A program made the position numbers and the translations under genes. Source: an uncultured candidate division Zixibacteria bacterium (GTDB taxonomy: Bacteria > Zixibacteria > MSB-5A5 > GN15 > FEB-12). From it: 64,000 bases of DNA. Under the pieces are notes generated by a model. The model did not search any database. It was not told the DNA's origin and worked only from the letters and a program-made list of their open reading frames with translations. The stretch spans positions 512,001-576,000 of the forward strand of contig CAVTJJ010000003.1 in assembly GCA_963735035.1 (NCBI GenBank). Reading direction: 5' to 3'. Shown in pieces: positions 10,467 through 20,177 of the stretch. Position 1 is the stretch's first letter. Each line of letters starts with the position of its first letter.

Positions 10467-11389
10467 TATCGCTCCTCTACCGGCCGAATATCCCGTTCGA
10501 ATTCGGAGATGAAACTTTGCACTACGTCGTAGTCTTTGTCCGTGGCCGGGAGAAAGCGAGCCGTTTCCATCCCCGCCAATATGGCTCTTCCTTCTACGGT
10601 TGAGTCGAGCCCAAGCAGCAGCGCGCGGACTTGATCTACAAACTGCACCGGCACGTCGTTGCGCACCATGACCGAGTTGTTGATCAGCGACTCCGTTTCC
10701 CAGATGACTTTCAAGTTTGCGGCCTCTATGGGATGGTCTTTTTGAAACGCGCGCCAAGGCGGCGGCCAGGTCGCCCCGGCTGCGGTCAATCCCAGACAGA
10801 CGTTCATGATGGACGACTCCTGGGAGCCCACGTAGCGATTGTCAATCTCGGTATTGACGTTTATGCCGTAATCATAGAGAAAGCGCTGAGGCATGATGCA
10901 GGCGGCCAGCGCCGTCCGGGAAGGATAGCTCACCGACCTTCCTTTCAGATCGGCCGGTCTATTAAGACCACCGTCCTTCCGGACCACAAATATCCCCTTG
11001 AAATCATGAGGCTCTCCCGCCATGGCGAGCACGAAATAGCCGACTTTCATAGCCTGAAGGGTCTGCCAAGGATTCGGAAGGAGAAACTCGGGTTTGAGAG
11101 CATTGTACTTCCTTTCGAAATCGGCATAATCTCGAGACGCTTCCAGAGTGAGGTGTCCCCGATGGAGCCGTGCGTTCAAGTAGTCGACGAGCGGCTGATA
11201 GGCCTGCATGAGCTTGGTGGGGTTGTGAAGTGGATGAACCGCCAGGCGGCAGACCAACCCACCGTCCGACGGCGGTTTGGCGGCAAACTGCGGCTCGTGA
11301 TCATCGGATTCACCGCTGCAACCCGAAAGCGTTCCCAGGAAAAGCGCGGCCGCGACTATTGCCAGAACTCTCACTTCATGGAATGACAT
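10466..11389 (-). CDS. PhnD-like (phosphate/phosphonate) substrate-binding lipoprotein
   Basis: Lipobox LSGC; YQPLVDYL; DLKGRSVSYP; YVGSQES; GGGGG SD before ATG 11389. Confidence 0.8.
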   Translation of the reverse strand: MSFHEVRVLAIVAAALFLGTLSGCSGESDDHEPQFAAKPPSDGGLVCRLAVHPLHNPTKLMQAYQPLVDYLNARLHRGHLTLEASRDYADFERKYNALKPEFLLPNPWQTLQAMKVGYFVLAMAGEPHDFKGIFVVRKDGGLNRPADLKGRSVSYPSRTALAACIMPQRFLYDYGINVNTEIDNRYVGSQESSIMNVCLGLTAAGATWPPPWRAFQKDHPIEAANLKVIWETESLINNSVMVRNDVPVQFVDQVRALLLGLDSTVEGRAILAGMETARFLPATDKDYDVVQSFISEFERDIRPVEER

Positions 11390-11478
11390 ATCCCCCGTCC
11401 TTTCCCGGTCGTCATCGATCAGGTACTGTGCGAAGGAGCACAATCAAATTGCCCAGGACATCATCTCGCAGCAGCGGT

Positions 11479-11892
11479 TCAGTTCAGATGACCGATTTCA
11501 GTCGTCTTGCGGCTGTTGACAATCTGCTCCACGGCAATGAGAAGATTGTGACGGAAGAGACAATCTTTCACCACATAGTCCATGACGCCTGAACGAAACG
11601 ACTCCACCGCTATCTGCTCGCTTCCCTGTCCCGTCATCATGATAACGGCACTGTCTCTTTTCAGCCAGTCAAGCAAATCGAATCCGGAACCATCCGGGAG
11701 AATGTAGTCGAGAAGGACAACATCGAAGCTCTTCTTGCACGTTACGGCAAAGGCTTCTTTCAGCGAACTGGCCACTTCGATGTCCCAGCCATCAAGTCCC
11801 GCAAACGCCGCCTTGGCCAGGGTGGCGTGGTCCGGGTTGTCTTCAACAATTAGAATCGAGACTCCCTTTTCCTGTTCCTCATAACCAGTCAT
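11479..11892 (-). CDS. Single-domain response regulator
   Basis: ILIVEDNPDH; VLLDYILPDG; MMTGQG; DYVVK. Confidence 0.9.
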   Translation of the reverse strand: MTGYEEQEKGVSILIVEDNPDHATLAKAAFAGLDGWDIEVASSLKEAFAVTCKKSFDVVLLDYILPDGSGFDLLDWLKRDSAVIMMTGQGSEQIAVESFRSGVMDYVVKDCLFRHNLLIAVEQIVNSRKTTEIGHLN

Positions 11893-11921
11893 GACCTTCC
11901 CCCTCCGTTCGATCGAACGAC

Positions 11922-12380
11922 CTAGTAGACGTTCGCTTCTCGCCCTGGAGTTGCTGCTGTGTTTGACCAGTACATATTCATTTCAACCAGTTTGATGACG
12001 AAATCATCGTGACTGAGGGACTTTACGACATAACTATTGGCGCCTTTTCGATACACTTCGGCGATCTTGTCCGGATCCTCCGTATTTGTCAACACGACTA
12101 CTGGAATGCCGGCGGTTTGCCGGTTGGACCGAAGGTGCTCCAGAAATTCCATCCCATCCATCCCGGGCAGAGTTAGATCGAGAATGATCAGATCCGGCAA
12201 GGGGCATTGAGCACCAGCCTGGGTCCGTACCGGCTTCAGCAAGTACTCAAGACCGGACTCGGCGTTTTCGAAACGAATTACCCGTGATTTCAGTCTGCTG
12301 TCGGTAAGAGCGGCTGACACGAGTGCGGCGTGATCGTCATCGTCCTCAATGTGGACGATATTCATTGGTTTCAATCTCAT
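11922..12380 (-). CDS. Single-domain response regulator
   Basis: HIEDDDDH; IILDLTLPGMDG; GANSYVVK. Confidence 0.9.
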   Translation of the reverse strand: MRLKPMNIVHIEDDDDHAALVSAALTDSRLKSRVIRFENAESGLEYLLKPVRTQAGAQCPLPDLIILDLTLPGMDGMEFLEHLRSNRQTAGIPVVVLTNTEDPDKIAEVYRKGANSYVVKSLSHDDFVIKLVEMNMYWSNTAATPGREANVY

Positions 12381-12886
12381 TGGAACCCCCCGTTTCTTCT
12401 TCTGATATTATCGACTGTTAACACCTTAATAGAATGCCCCCCCTGCCTACATCACGCGCCCGGACCGCCGTAACATTTTGACGGATAGTGAATTACGTAG
12501 CGTTGCCACAAATATCCACTTATAGAGGTATCGCGAGATTGTTCTCCCGATGAACACTTGGTCGTTCGGCGGGGAGGTTTATAAATCAGTGATCAGCAAT
12601 CACTGCGGGTTGCCGAGATTCGCTAACCGTAGAAGAAACCCGGATTATCTGCAGCATGTTTCGTTCTCCTTTCGATGTCGAGACGCGTGATTACGCCGAT
12701 CTGCATTTTTCGACTGACTCCACGCCCTTGAGGCCTGCCCCAGCCCACCCGGACCGGAAGTGATATCCAGGTCCAACAATTTTGTAGCTGCGGCGCGTAT
12801 AATTTCTGACAAATCGGATTGGAAACCCACTGAATGTCGGTGGTCGGCCCTTTTTGGGGCAGCGCAATGAGAGAAAGCGAGGCAAT

Positions 12887-13771
12887 ATGCAGAAGATAAC
12901 CCCGTTCCTATGGTTTGATAAAGAGGCCCGCCAGGTGGCCGAGCACTATACGTCCGTTTTCAAAGCCTCAACAATCAAGAGTGAGACCAGACTTGACAAT
13001 ACCCCGTCGGGTACGGTCGAGATCGTTTCTATCGAACTCTCCGGTCACGATTTTACGCTCATGGCTGCGGGCCCGCTCTTCAAGTTCACACCGGCCGTGT
13101 CATTTCTTGTTGGCTGCCGCACCAAGATTGAAGTCGAAACACTCTGGCAGAAACTGTCCGACAAGGGAACTCCCCTGATGGAGCTGGGAGAATACCCGTT
13201 CAGCGAAAAATACGGATGGGTGCAGGACCGCTACGGTCTTTCGTGGCAGGTTATGTTCATGGGCGACCACTTGCTCAAGCAGAATATTACCCCGACACTT
13301 ATGTTTGTCGGCGACAAGTGCGGAAGAGCTGAAGAAGCGATCAAGACTTATGCGTCGTTGTTCCACAGGTCGAGAATCGGCGACATCTTCCGTTACGGGA
13401 AGGACGCGACCCCTGACAAAGAAGGGACCATTGCGCATGCCACGTTCACGCTTGAAGGCCAGGAATTTGCTGCCATGGATAGCGCCCGTGAGCACAACTT
13501 TACTTTCAACGAAGCCATTTCGTTTGTGGTGAACTGCGATACCCAGGAAGAAATTGACTACTACTGGGGCAAGCTTTCAGCGGACCCGCGAGCGGAACAG
13601 TGCGGCTGGCTGAAAGACAAGTACGGCGTCTCGTGGCAAGTAGTGCCTTCTATATTGGGAACGTTGGTGCAGGACAAAGACCGGAAGAAAGCGTCCCGGG
13701 TGACTCAGGCGTTTATGCAAATGAAGAAGTTCGACATCGACGGATTGAAGCGGGCCTACGCGGGACGATAG
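12887..13771 (+). CDS. VOC/PhnB family protein (two 3-dmu-9 methyltransferase-like domains)
   Basis: MQKITPFLWF; FTPAVSF; YGWVQDRYGLSWQ and CGWLKDKYGVSWQ. Confidence 0.9.
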   Translation: MQKITPFLWFDKEARQVAEHYTSVFKASTIKSETRLDNTPSGTVEIVSIELSGHDFTLMAAGPLFKFTPAVSFLVGCRTKIEVETLWQKLSDKGTPLMELGEYPFSEKYGWVQDRYGLSWQVMFMGDHLLKQNITPTLMFVGDKCGRAEEAIKTYASLFHRSRIGDIFRYGKDATPDKEGTIAHATFTLEGQEFAAMDSAREHNFTFNEAISFVVNCDTQEEIDYYWGKLSADPRAEQCGWLKDKYGVSWQVVPSILGTLVQDKDRKKASRVTQAFMQMKKFDIDGLKRAYAGR

Positions 13772-13815
13772 CCGAAGCAGGACGATAGTTGCAGTGGTGC
13801 GCCGCACGACAACCA

Positions 13816-14074
13816 ATCGGCAGGGTTCCAGCCCTGCTGAAGAGTGGCCATCTCGAAAAGGAATCGGCAGGGTTTCAACCCTGGCTGAGAGTGGCCATCT
13901 CGAAAACTGATCGGCAGGGTTCCAGCCCTGGCTGAGAGTGGCCATCTCGAAAACTGATCGGCAGGGTTCCAACCCTGGCTGAGAGTGGCCATCTCGAAAA
14001 CTGATCGGCAGGGTTCGAACCCTGGCTGAGAGTGGCCATCTCGAAAACTGATCGGCAGGGTTCCAGCCCTGCCG
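13816..14074. repeat. 47-bp tandem array (5 units plus a 6th hairpin) built on REP-like family C, GATCGGCAGGGTTCCAACCCTGCCG; monomers at 14685, 18414, 31691, 39435, 43390 (rev)
   Basis: Units start at 13816, 13863, 13910, 13957, 14004, 14051 (exact 47-bp period). Confidence 0.95.
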
Positions 14075-14228
14075 CGTCGGTGGCCCACCAATTAGGGCTT
14101 GATTGAATAACCTCATTCCCGGTCATTACTTGTTGTGATGACCCGCTATGAGGCGGGACATCGAAGCGAGCCGATCACTCGCTTGCTGACGCGGCATAGC
14201 CGCATAACTATATGTGGAGTGGTTGGAA

Positions 14229-14624
14229 ATGACACATTCGAAAGAACCCAAAATGAGCCCGCGCAAAGAAGCCGCAGTGTCGTTCCTGAAACTGGTCGGC
14301 GGCGGCAAAGTGCGCGAAGCATACCAGGCCTATGTCGCCCCTGACTTCCGCCATCATAATCCGTATTTCAAAGGAGACACGGAATCTCTGGCGCAGGGAA
14401 TGGAGGCGAATCACAAAGAATTCCCCAACAAGGTTCTCGAAATCCTACGCGTGCTCGAAGACGGCCAGTTCGTGGCGGTTCATTTGCGTGTTCGCCTGAA
14501 CCCTGACGGACCGGACATTGCGCTGATTCACATCTTCCGTTTTGAAGGCGATCGTATTGCCGAACTGTGGGAAGCCGCACAGCACGTCCCCGAGAACTCT
14601 CCCAACGAAAATGGTGTGTTCTAG
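14229..14624 (+). CDS. SnoaL-like / NTF2-family protein (start could be 14253)
   Basis: YVAPDFRHHNP; VLEDGQFVAVH; HIFRFEGDRIAELW. Confidence 0.85.
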   Translation: MTHSKEPKMSPRKEAAVSFLKLVGGGKVREAYQAYVAPDFRHHNPYFKGDTESLAQGMEANHKEFPNKVLEILRVLEDGQFVAVHLRVRLNPDGPDIALIHIFRFEGDRIAELWEAAQHVPENSPNENGVF

Positions 14625-14782
14625 TCACCCAGTGTAGATACTCGGCAGCCCACTGCTTGCTCTTGGTTCTATCGCTCGTAAATTGATCGGCGGGGTTCCA
14701 ACCCTGCCGCCCAAGTGACTTTCGAGACAGCCCCAGTAGTGGTCACACTCTGCACTTTTCCGACTCCCTGACTTATTAATAC

Positions 14783-14811
14783 TTGACAAAATGGGTGCAG
14801 ATTGTTAAAAT
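14783..14811 (+). promoter_or_regulatory. Sigma70-type promoter for the protease gene
   Basis: TTGACA-N17-TAAAAT; AAGGAG before ATG 14900. Confidence 0.7.
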
Positions 14812-14899
14812 TTTCCATGGGCCGGACTACCCCTCAGGATGGACAAACGTCGACTTGTAGTCTTGCTGACTTTGAACCTCACATTCAAGGAGAGAGCGA

Positions 14900-16013
14900 A
14901 TGATCCATTCATTCACACGTCGACGCCGTCTAGCATGGTTCGCGATCGGAGCAGCTTCCCTTTTTGCGCTGGGGCTGTGGGGATGTTCGACTACGGACAA
15001 CTCCCCCGTGTCATCTGACCTGACCGGTGACGCCGGTCTGAGTCTGGCGAGTCCCCGGGTGCAGGCTGTGATGTCGATTCAAGAGCTTCACACGCAGGGC
15101 CTCATGGCGAAACCGGATGTAATCGGCACTGCTGTGACAGTTGATGAAAACAACCAGCCGGCCGTCATGCTTCTGGTGACCACGCAGGCAGCCTTTGATG
15201 CGGCTCCGAAGACTCTTGACGGTGTCCCGGTCAAGGTAGTTCTGACCGACAAGATTGTCGCCATGAGAACATCGGGTGGCGTAAGCCACACGGCCAAGCA
15301 GACCCCGCCGATCAAGCTCGGTACGTCAGGTGGCTGGCGCTATGATCTAGCCAACGGCTACTGTTGCGCCGGTACTCTGGGTTCCTTGATTAGTGTTGGC
15401 GGGCAAAAGCGCATCCTCAGCAATTATCACGTTTTTGAGGCCGACATTGTGTCCGGCGGCAACAGCCGGGTTGCGGCTACGGGCGACTATATTATCCAGC
15501 CCGGACTGATCGATGTCGGCTGCAACGCTGCCAGCGCGCAGAATGTGGCCACCCTGGTCAAGTCCAGCTCGCTGCCGAACAGCAACGTCGATTGCTTCCA
15601 GCGCCAATATTATCACGGGCATGGTGGACGCCACCGGCAACATTCTGGAAATCGGCGTTCCGTCCGCAACGACCGTGGCGGCTTCAGTCAACCAGACGGT
15701 CAAGAAGAGCGGCCGCACGACCGGTCTTACTCGCAGTTATGTCAGCGGTCTGAATGCGACCATCAGCGTGTCGTACGAGAATGAATGCGCCGGCGGAACG
15801 GCCTTCACCAAGACCTTTACGGGTCAGATCCTCGTTGCCAACTCCCGGAGCAAGTTCCTCGGCGGCGGCGACTCGGGTTCGTTGATGGTGCAAGACGTTA
15901 CCACCAGCCCGAAAGCCGTCGGTTTGTTGTTTGCGGGAAGCACCTCGATTGCCGTGGCTAATCCGATTGGCCAGGTACTGAGCTTCTTTGGCGCTACGAT
16001 GGTTGGGAACTAA
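14900..16013 (+). pseudogene. Trypsin-like (Nal1-like) serine protease lipoprotein with a +1 frameshift at about 15596 (pseudogene or sequencing error)
   Basis: Lipobox LWGC; GTLG; ILSNYHV (His) and NVDC (Asp) in one frame, KSGRTTG and GGDSGS (Ser) in the next; deleting one T at 15596/7 joins them. Confidence 0.8.
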
Positions 16014-16053
16014 CGGGTAAAGTTCTTCAACTGACAAGTTGTAGTAGCTTATT

Positions 16054-16092
16054 AGAGCCTGTCCCCGTTTCATACCGGGGGCAGGCTCTTCT
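16054..16092 (+). terminator. Probable intrinsic terminator
   Basis: AGAGCCTGTCCCC...GGGGGCAGGCTCT stem followed by TCT. Confidence 0.55.
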
Positions 16093-16189
16093 GATTATGG
16101 GAGTACAGTGGTTCAGGTCACTGACTCGATGGATTAATTATGAACAGTCATAGAAATGGTTTCCTGGATACGACCTGTTCGTATACGAG

Positions 16190-16361
16190 TGTTGAAAGAG
16201 TCCCTTCCCCGTCATCGCGAGTCTCGACCGCGCTTCGTGGGCGAGACGTGGCGATCTCAAATGGCACTGTCGCAACGAACTTGAGATTGCCGCGCTACGA
16301 AGTCCCGCCTGACGGCAGGCCATCTCCGCTCGCAATGACTATTAGACGTGCTTTTTCAACA
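16190..16361. mobile_element. MITE-like element with TGTTGAAA...TTTCAACA ends and internal REP hairpins
   Basis: Inverted ends shared with 36071-36223; the interior GTCATCGCGAG...GTGGCGATCTC family also occurs near 6610, 25482, 35959, 47877. Confidence 0.5.
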
Positions 16362-16444
16362 GGCCCTTATATGGTGGGTCTGCTGGTCTTGTTAAGCTCC
16401 TCAGTGCCATTTCTTGCCAGTCCACAAAGGAAACCAAGAAAGAG

Positions 16445-16675
16445 GTGCCTATTCGCGACATCAATGCCGTAATGGATTCTCACACAAGTGAGCTGATGGC
16501 TATCCCCGGCGTCGTGGGCGTGGCTATCGGTGAAACGGAAGACAAAACCCCCTGCATTCTGGTGCTGGTAGCTGAGGAGACAAGCGACATCAAAGGCAAA
16601 ATTCCTAAAGTGCTGGAAGGTCACCCGGTGCGTTTGCTTGTGACGGGTGAAATCAAGCCGATGAAGACCGATTGA
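16445..16675 (+). CDS. Small protein homologous to the N-terminal (pro)domain of the upstream protease; possibly a lipoprotein with a disrupted N-terminus
   Basis: AVMDSHTSELMAIPGVVGVAI...PKVLEGHPVRL aligns with protease AVMSIQELHTQGLMAKPDVIGTAV...PKTLDGVPVKV. Confidence 0.75.
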   Translation: MPIRDINAVMDSHTSELMAIPGVVGVAIGETEDKTPCILVLVAEETSDIKGKIPKVLEGHPVRLLVTGEIKPMKTD

Positions 16676-16682
16676 TCGGCAC

Positions 16683-18203
16683 CTACCAGGCGATTCCACT
16701 TTCATCAAACCGACTGTGTAGCGCTCTTCTCGCTACGAGGTTGACTCGTTCGGACCAGACATCAATGGGATTGAGATCGTCAGTAAACACGCGAACCCCT
16801 TTGACATCGACCTGGAAACGGTTGTCCCACGCGTGAGCCCGGTCGTACTCGGGGCTGAAGCGCTCAGTCGGGACCGGAAGTTCCGATCCGAGCGTGAGGA
16901 CGCGGTCCGAAGCCAGCAGGATCAGATTTCCGAGTTGGTCCGGCGGCTCGGCGATGGGCAAGACGATGACGTTCTTGAACTGACGGTTGGCCGTGGCCGC
17001 CAGTGACTTTACGATCGGGTCGTCCCAGCCTACCGCTTCGAAGTTCATCGCGAGAATCCCATCCTGAGCCAGACGGGATCGGATCAATCCGAAAGCTTCC
17101 TCAGTAACCAGATGAAACGGGACGTAGCTGCTTCCGAAAGCGTCCATCACGATGACGTTGTAGGTCTTATCGTGACGCGCCAGATATTGGCGACCGTCCA
17201 TAGTGAATACCTGTGCTTCGCTTTCTTCAAGCCCGAAGAAATCGCGCGCCAGGCGTGTTACCACCGGATCGATCTCAACCGCATCCACCCGCCAGCCATC
17301 GCGAGCGAAATTCTTCGCTACTGAACCGCCTCCGAGTCCCACGAGCAACATCTCACCGGGTTCGCTGAAGAAGTACTTGGCGATTTCCAGCACATTAACA
17401 TACTGGAATTGCGATTCCCAGGTACCCGGAGTTACGCCGGTGTGCATGCCGCCGTCGATAAGCATGAAGCGGATATCGTACAGGTCGACAACCCGCAATT
17501 CTCCGTAGGCGCTGTCTTCAGCGGCCATGAGACCGATTTCGGGATTGGCCTTGAGTGTAGGCACTACAAGGAATAGCGATATTCCCCCCACGACAATGAG
17601 TAATGACATCAACGACGCCGAGCGCTTGCTCTTACAAGTCAGGCCGAAAAGTGCCGTACCTAACAACGCGAGTCCGGTCAGAAGCAGGAGACGCGACACA
17701 CCAACATTGGGAATTAGATAGAATCCGATAGCTATGGCGGCGACGACACTCGCCAGAGTTGAGACCGCGTACAGGTTGCCGGCCGTGCGTCCGACCACAC
17801 TCAGGCTATCGGCTTTCAGACGAATCGCGTAGGGGCTCACCATCCCGAGGAGAGTAAGAGGCGGAAAGAACAGTATGGTGGCAGTCAGAAGCACGGCCGT
17901 TCGTAGTCCTAGGCCTTCGGTGATCGCGAGTACCGGTACGCGAAGCCACGGGACTGCCGCAACCCACACACCCGCGATACCGATTATGACGCAAAAACGC
18001 TTGAGGCTGGCGTTGCGGTCGGCCCAGCGTCCGCCTATCGCATAGCCGAGACTTAGGGCGGCGAGGGTGACACTGATTAGCGCTGACCAGAGATACAAAC
18101 TGGCACCGTAGAATGGCGCGATGACTCTGGTACCGAGCAATTCAATCGCCAGGACCGAGGCCCCGCTCACAATGACAGCCAAATATACATAGAAACTGAT
18201 CAT
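16683..18203 (-). CDS. Fused MFS-like membrane domain / spermidine synthase family protein
   Basis: N-terminal TMs with E..G.R..AP..G; LVGLGGG; VEIDP; DG...YL; MDAF; TDD.NP. Confidence 0.85.
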   Translation of the reverse strand: MISFYVYLAVIVSGASVLAIELLGTRVIAPFYGASLYLWSALISVTLAALSLGYAIGGRWADRNASLKRFCVIIGIAGVWVAAVPWLRVPVLAITEGLGLRTAVLLTATILFFPPLTLLGMVSPYAIRLKADSLSVVGRTAGNLYAVSTLASVVAAIAIGFYLIPNVGVSRLLLLTGLALLGTALFGLTCKSKRSASLMSLLIVVGGISLFLVVPTLKANPEIGLMAAEDSAYGELRVVDLYDIRFMLIDGGMHTGVTPGTWESQFQYVNVLEIAKYFFSEPGEMLLVGLGGGSVAKNFARDGWRVDAVEIDPVVTRLARDFFGLEESEAQVFTMDGRQYLARHDKTYNVIVMDAFGSSYVPFHLVTEEAFGLIRSRLAQDGILAMNFEAVGWDDPIVKSLAATANRQFKNVIVLPIAEPPDQLGNLILLASDRVLTLGSELPVPTERFSPEYDRAHAWDNRFQVDVKGVRVFTDDLNPIDVWSERVNLVARRALHSRFDESGIAW

Positions 18204-18569
18204 GTCGGTTCCTTCTGCTCAATTGTCTTATGTCATGGAGCGCGGCAATTACCCGGCGCGTTCCCTGTCCTGTGCGAACCCGAATACATTCAGTATGTCT
18301 GGTGTACTCAGTCGAACGGTTCGCCTCGTCAAGATGCAAACTAAGTCCTGCATCGTCTGATGGCAACGCCTTTTCGATGCGATAGGGTGGGGTGGTACCG
18401 ACGCTTGACAATTGATCGGCAGGGTTCCAACCCTGCCGCCAAAGTGGCAACGCCAGAGTGGCCTTCCATTTATAGTGGGATCCGGGAACAGTAAAGTACT
18501 GTCAAGCGTTTCTGCCTGACAGCCCCACAAGTACTTGACGCCGTTTGATCGAGGTTTTATTATGCGGCC

Positions 18570-19076
18570 ATGCGAGTTTATTGCGCGGGGCAACAACTCA
18601 AAGTCTCTTTCTACTACAAGCTGTGGGGAACCAGGCTACACCTCGCGACCTTTGCTGGTCTTGTTGCATTTCTCTGGTGTGGATGCGGCGGAAGGAATTT
18701 GAAACAGACTATTCCCTTGGAGACAGGCTGCCCTGATTCGCAATTGGTCGATCTTATTCTACAGAAAGCTATTAATTTCGGCGGACTCAAGGAGTCATAC
18801 TTCCCCGAAATTGCTGGACGAGGTACGCTCAGCATTCACGGAAAGTGTGTATCTCCTGTGACTCAGCTAGTGTGGTATGGGAATCCAGTCACTGTCGTTG
18901 CTGACACCTGCTCAAGATCGGGAAATTGCATAGAGGTGAAGGTCCTGCAGGTTCAACGAGACACAGTCCGTGTCTCATTGTGGTATCCAATAGAGGGGGT
19001 ATGGTGTGATTTGACATATGAAGTGTCTGACAGGGACCACCTTATTTTGGTTTCACACAGAGTAATGGAAATCTGA
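18570..19076 (+). CDS. Hypothetical low-GC protein, possibly exported
   Basis: 168-codon ORF preceded by TTGACG-N17-TATTAT; hydrophobic stretch ending in WCGC. Confidence 0.55.
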   Translation: MRVYCAGQQLKVSFYYKLWGTRLHLATFAGLVAFLWCGCGGRNLKQTIPLETGCPDSQLVDLILQKAINFGGLKESYFPEIAGRGTLSIHGKCVSPVTQLVWYGNPVTVVADTCSRSGNCIEVKVLQVQRDTVRVSLWYPIEGVWCDLTYEVSDRDHLILVSHRVMEI

Positions 19077-19213
19077 TTTATTCGATGGTGAGGTCGCCCC
19101 GGTGGCCCTCCACACTCCTTAGGGTCCACAGGCGGCCTCCCCCCCTTGACTATCGTCCCTCAACCCGGCATCTTCCCCCAGCGCCGATACCGGAAACCAA
19201 ACGCGAGGATAAT

Positions 19214-19858
19214 TTGGATTACATCATCGACCTGCTCTTGCATCTCGACCGCCATCTGAAAGTCATCATCGATACCTACGGCGCCTGGACCTACGGCATC
19301 CTCTTCGCCATCATCTTCTGCGAGACCGGCCTGGTCATCCTCCCCTTCCTGCCGGGCGACTCCCTTCTGTTCGCGGCGGGCGCTTTCGCCGCCGCGGGAG
19401 TGCTCGACCCCTGGTGGGTATTCGTCCTTCTGTCAGTCGCGGCGATTCTCGGCGACTCGGTCAACTATTGGATCGGCGAACGGATCGGCCATCGCGCTTT
19501 CGAGCCGGGCCGCTATCGTTTTCTCAAACCGGCCTATCTCGAAAAGACCCATAAGTTCTATGAGAAGTACGGCGGCAAGACGATTGTCATCGCCCGCTTC
19601 GTGCCGATCGTCCGCACGTTCGCGCCGTTTCTGGCCGGGGTGGGGTCGATGTCATACCGCTACTTTCTCACCTACAACGTGGTTGGCGGTGTGCTCTGGA
19701 CCGGGCTATTCGTAGGCGGCGGGTATTTTTTCGGCAACCTCCCTTTCGTGAAGAAGAATTTCTCGCTGGTGATCCTGGCGATCATCATCCTATCGGTCAT
19801 GCCGGCAGTGATTGAATTCATCCGAGCCCACCGCGACGGGAAGAAAGCGGCGAAGTAG
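19214..19858 (+). CDS. dedA: DedA family membrane protein
   Basis: IIFCETGLVILPFLPGDSLLF; ARFVPIVRTFAPF; TTG start with GAGG. Confidence 0.9.
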   Translation: MDYIIDLLLHLDRHLKVIIDTYGAWTYGILFAIIFCETGLVILPFLPGDSLLFAAGAFAAAGVLDPWWVFVLLSVAAILGDSVNYWIGERIGHRAFEPGRYRFLKPAYLEKTHKFYEKYGGKTIVIARFVPIVRTFAPFLAGVGSMSYRYFLTYNVVGGVLWTGLFVGGGYFFGNLPFVKKNFSLVILAIIILSVMPAVIEFIRAHRDGKKAAK

Positions 19859-20177
19859 AAATATCGTTGGCGGCACACTCGCTTGGTGACTAGTAAGTGC
19901 CCGGCAGATGCCCACATCTGCCGGCTCGTACTGATGAAGGTGAGTCGAGATTGCCACTCCACCTGGTACCCCACAGCTCTGCTGTGGGTTGTTCGACTGG
20001 GCTGAACACTCTCATAACTTATCAATTCGTGAGAGGCACACCCCCTCGTGCGACCCAGTCAGGGGGCAGACCAGGAGGTCTGCCGCCCACGGAATCCCAC
20101 CCGCAAGCGGTGGGCCACCCATCAGTACCGCGTTATCCCACCCAGCCCAAGCGGTGGGCCACCTGACACCCAACCGC

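Noticed and set aside
10467..10757. N-terminal extension of the kinase given by the ORF track
   Set aside because: It overlaps the binding-protein gene; ATG 10466 with TAATG coupling is the better start.
13816..14074. CRISPR array
   Set aside because: The inter-hairpin sequence is nearly identical between units, so there are no unique spacers, and no cas genes are present.
6236..19076. Genomic island integrated at tRNA-Ser
   Set aside because: No integrase, and I saw no duplicate of the tRNA 3' end in the window.
12887..19076. Integron cassette array
   Set aside because: The hairpins lack RYYYAAC/GTTRRRY attC ends, gene orientations are mixed, and there is no intI.
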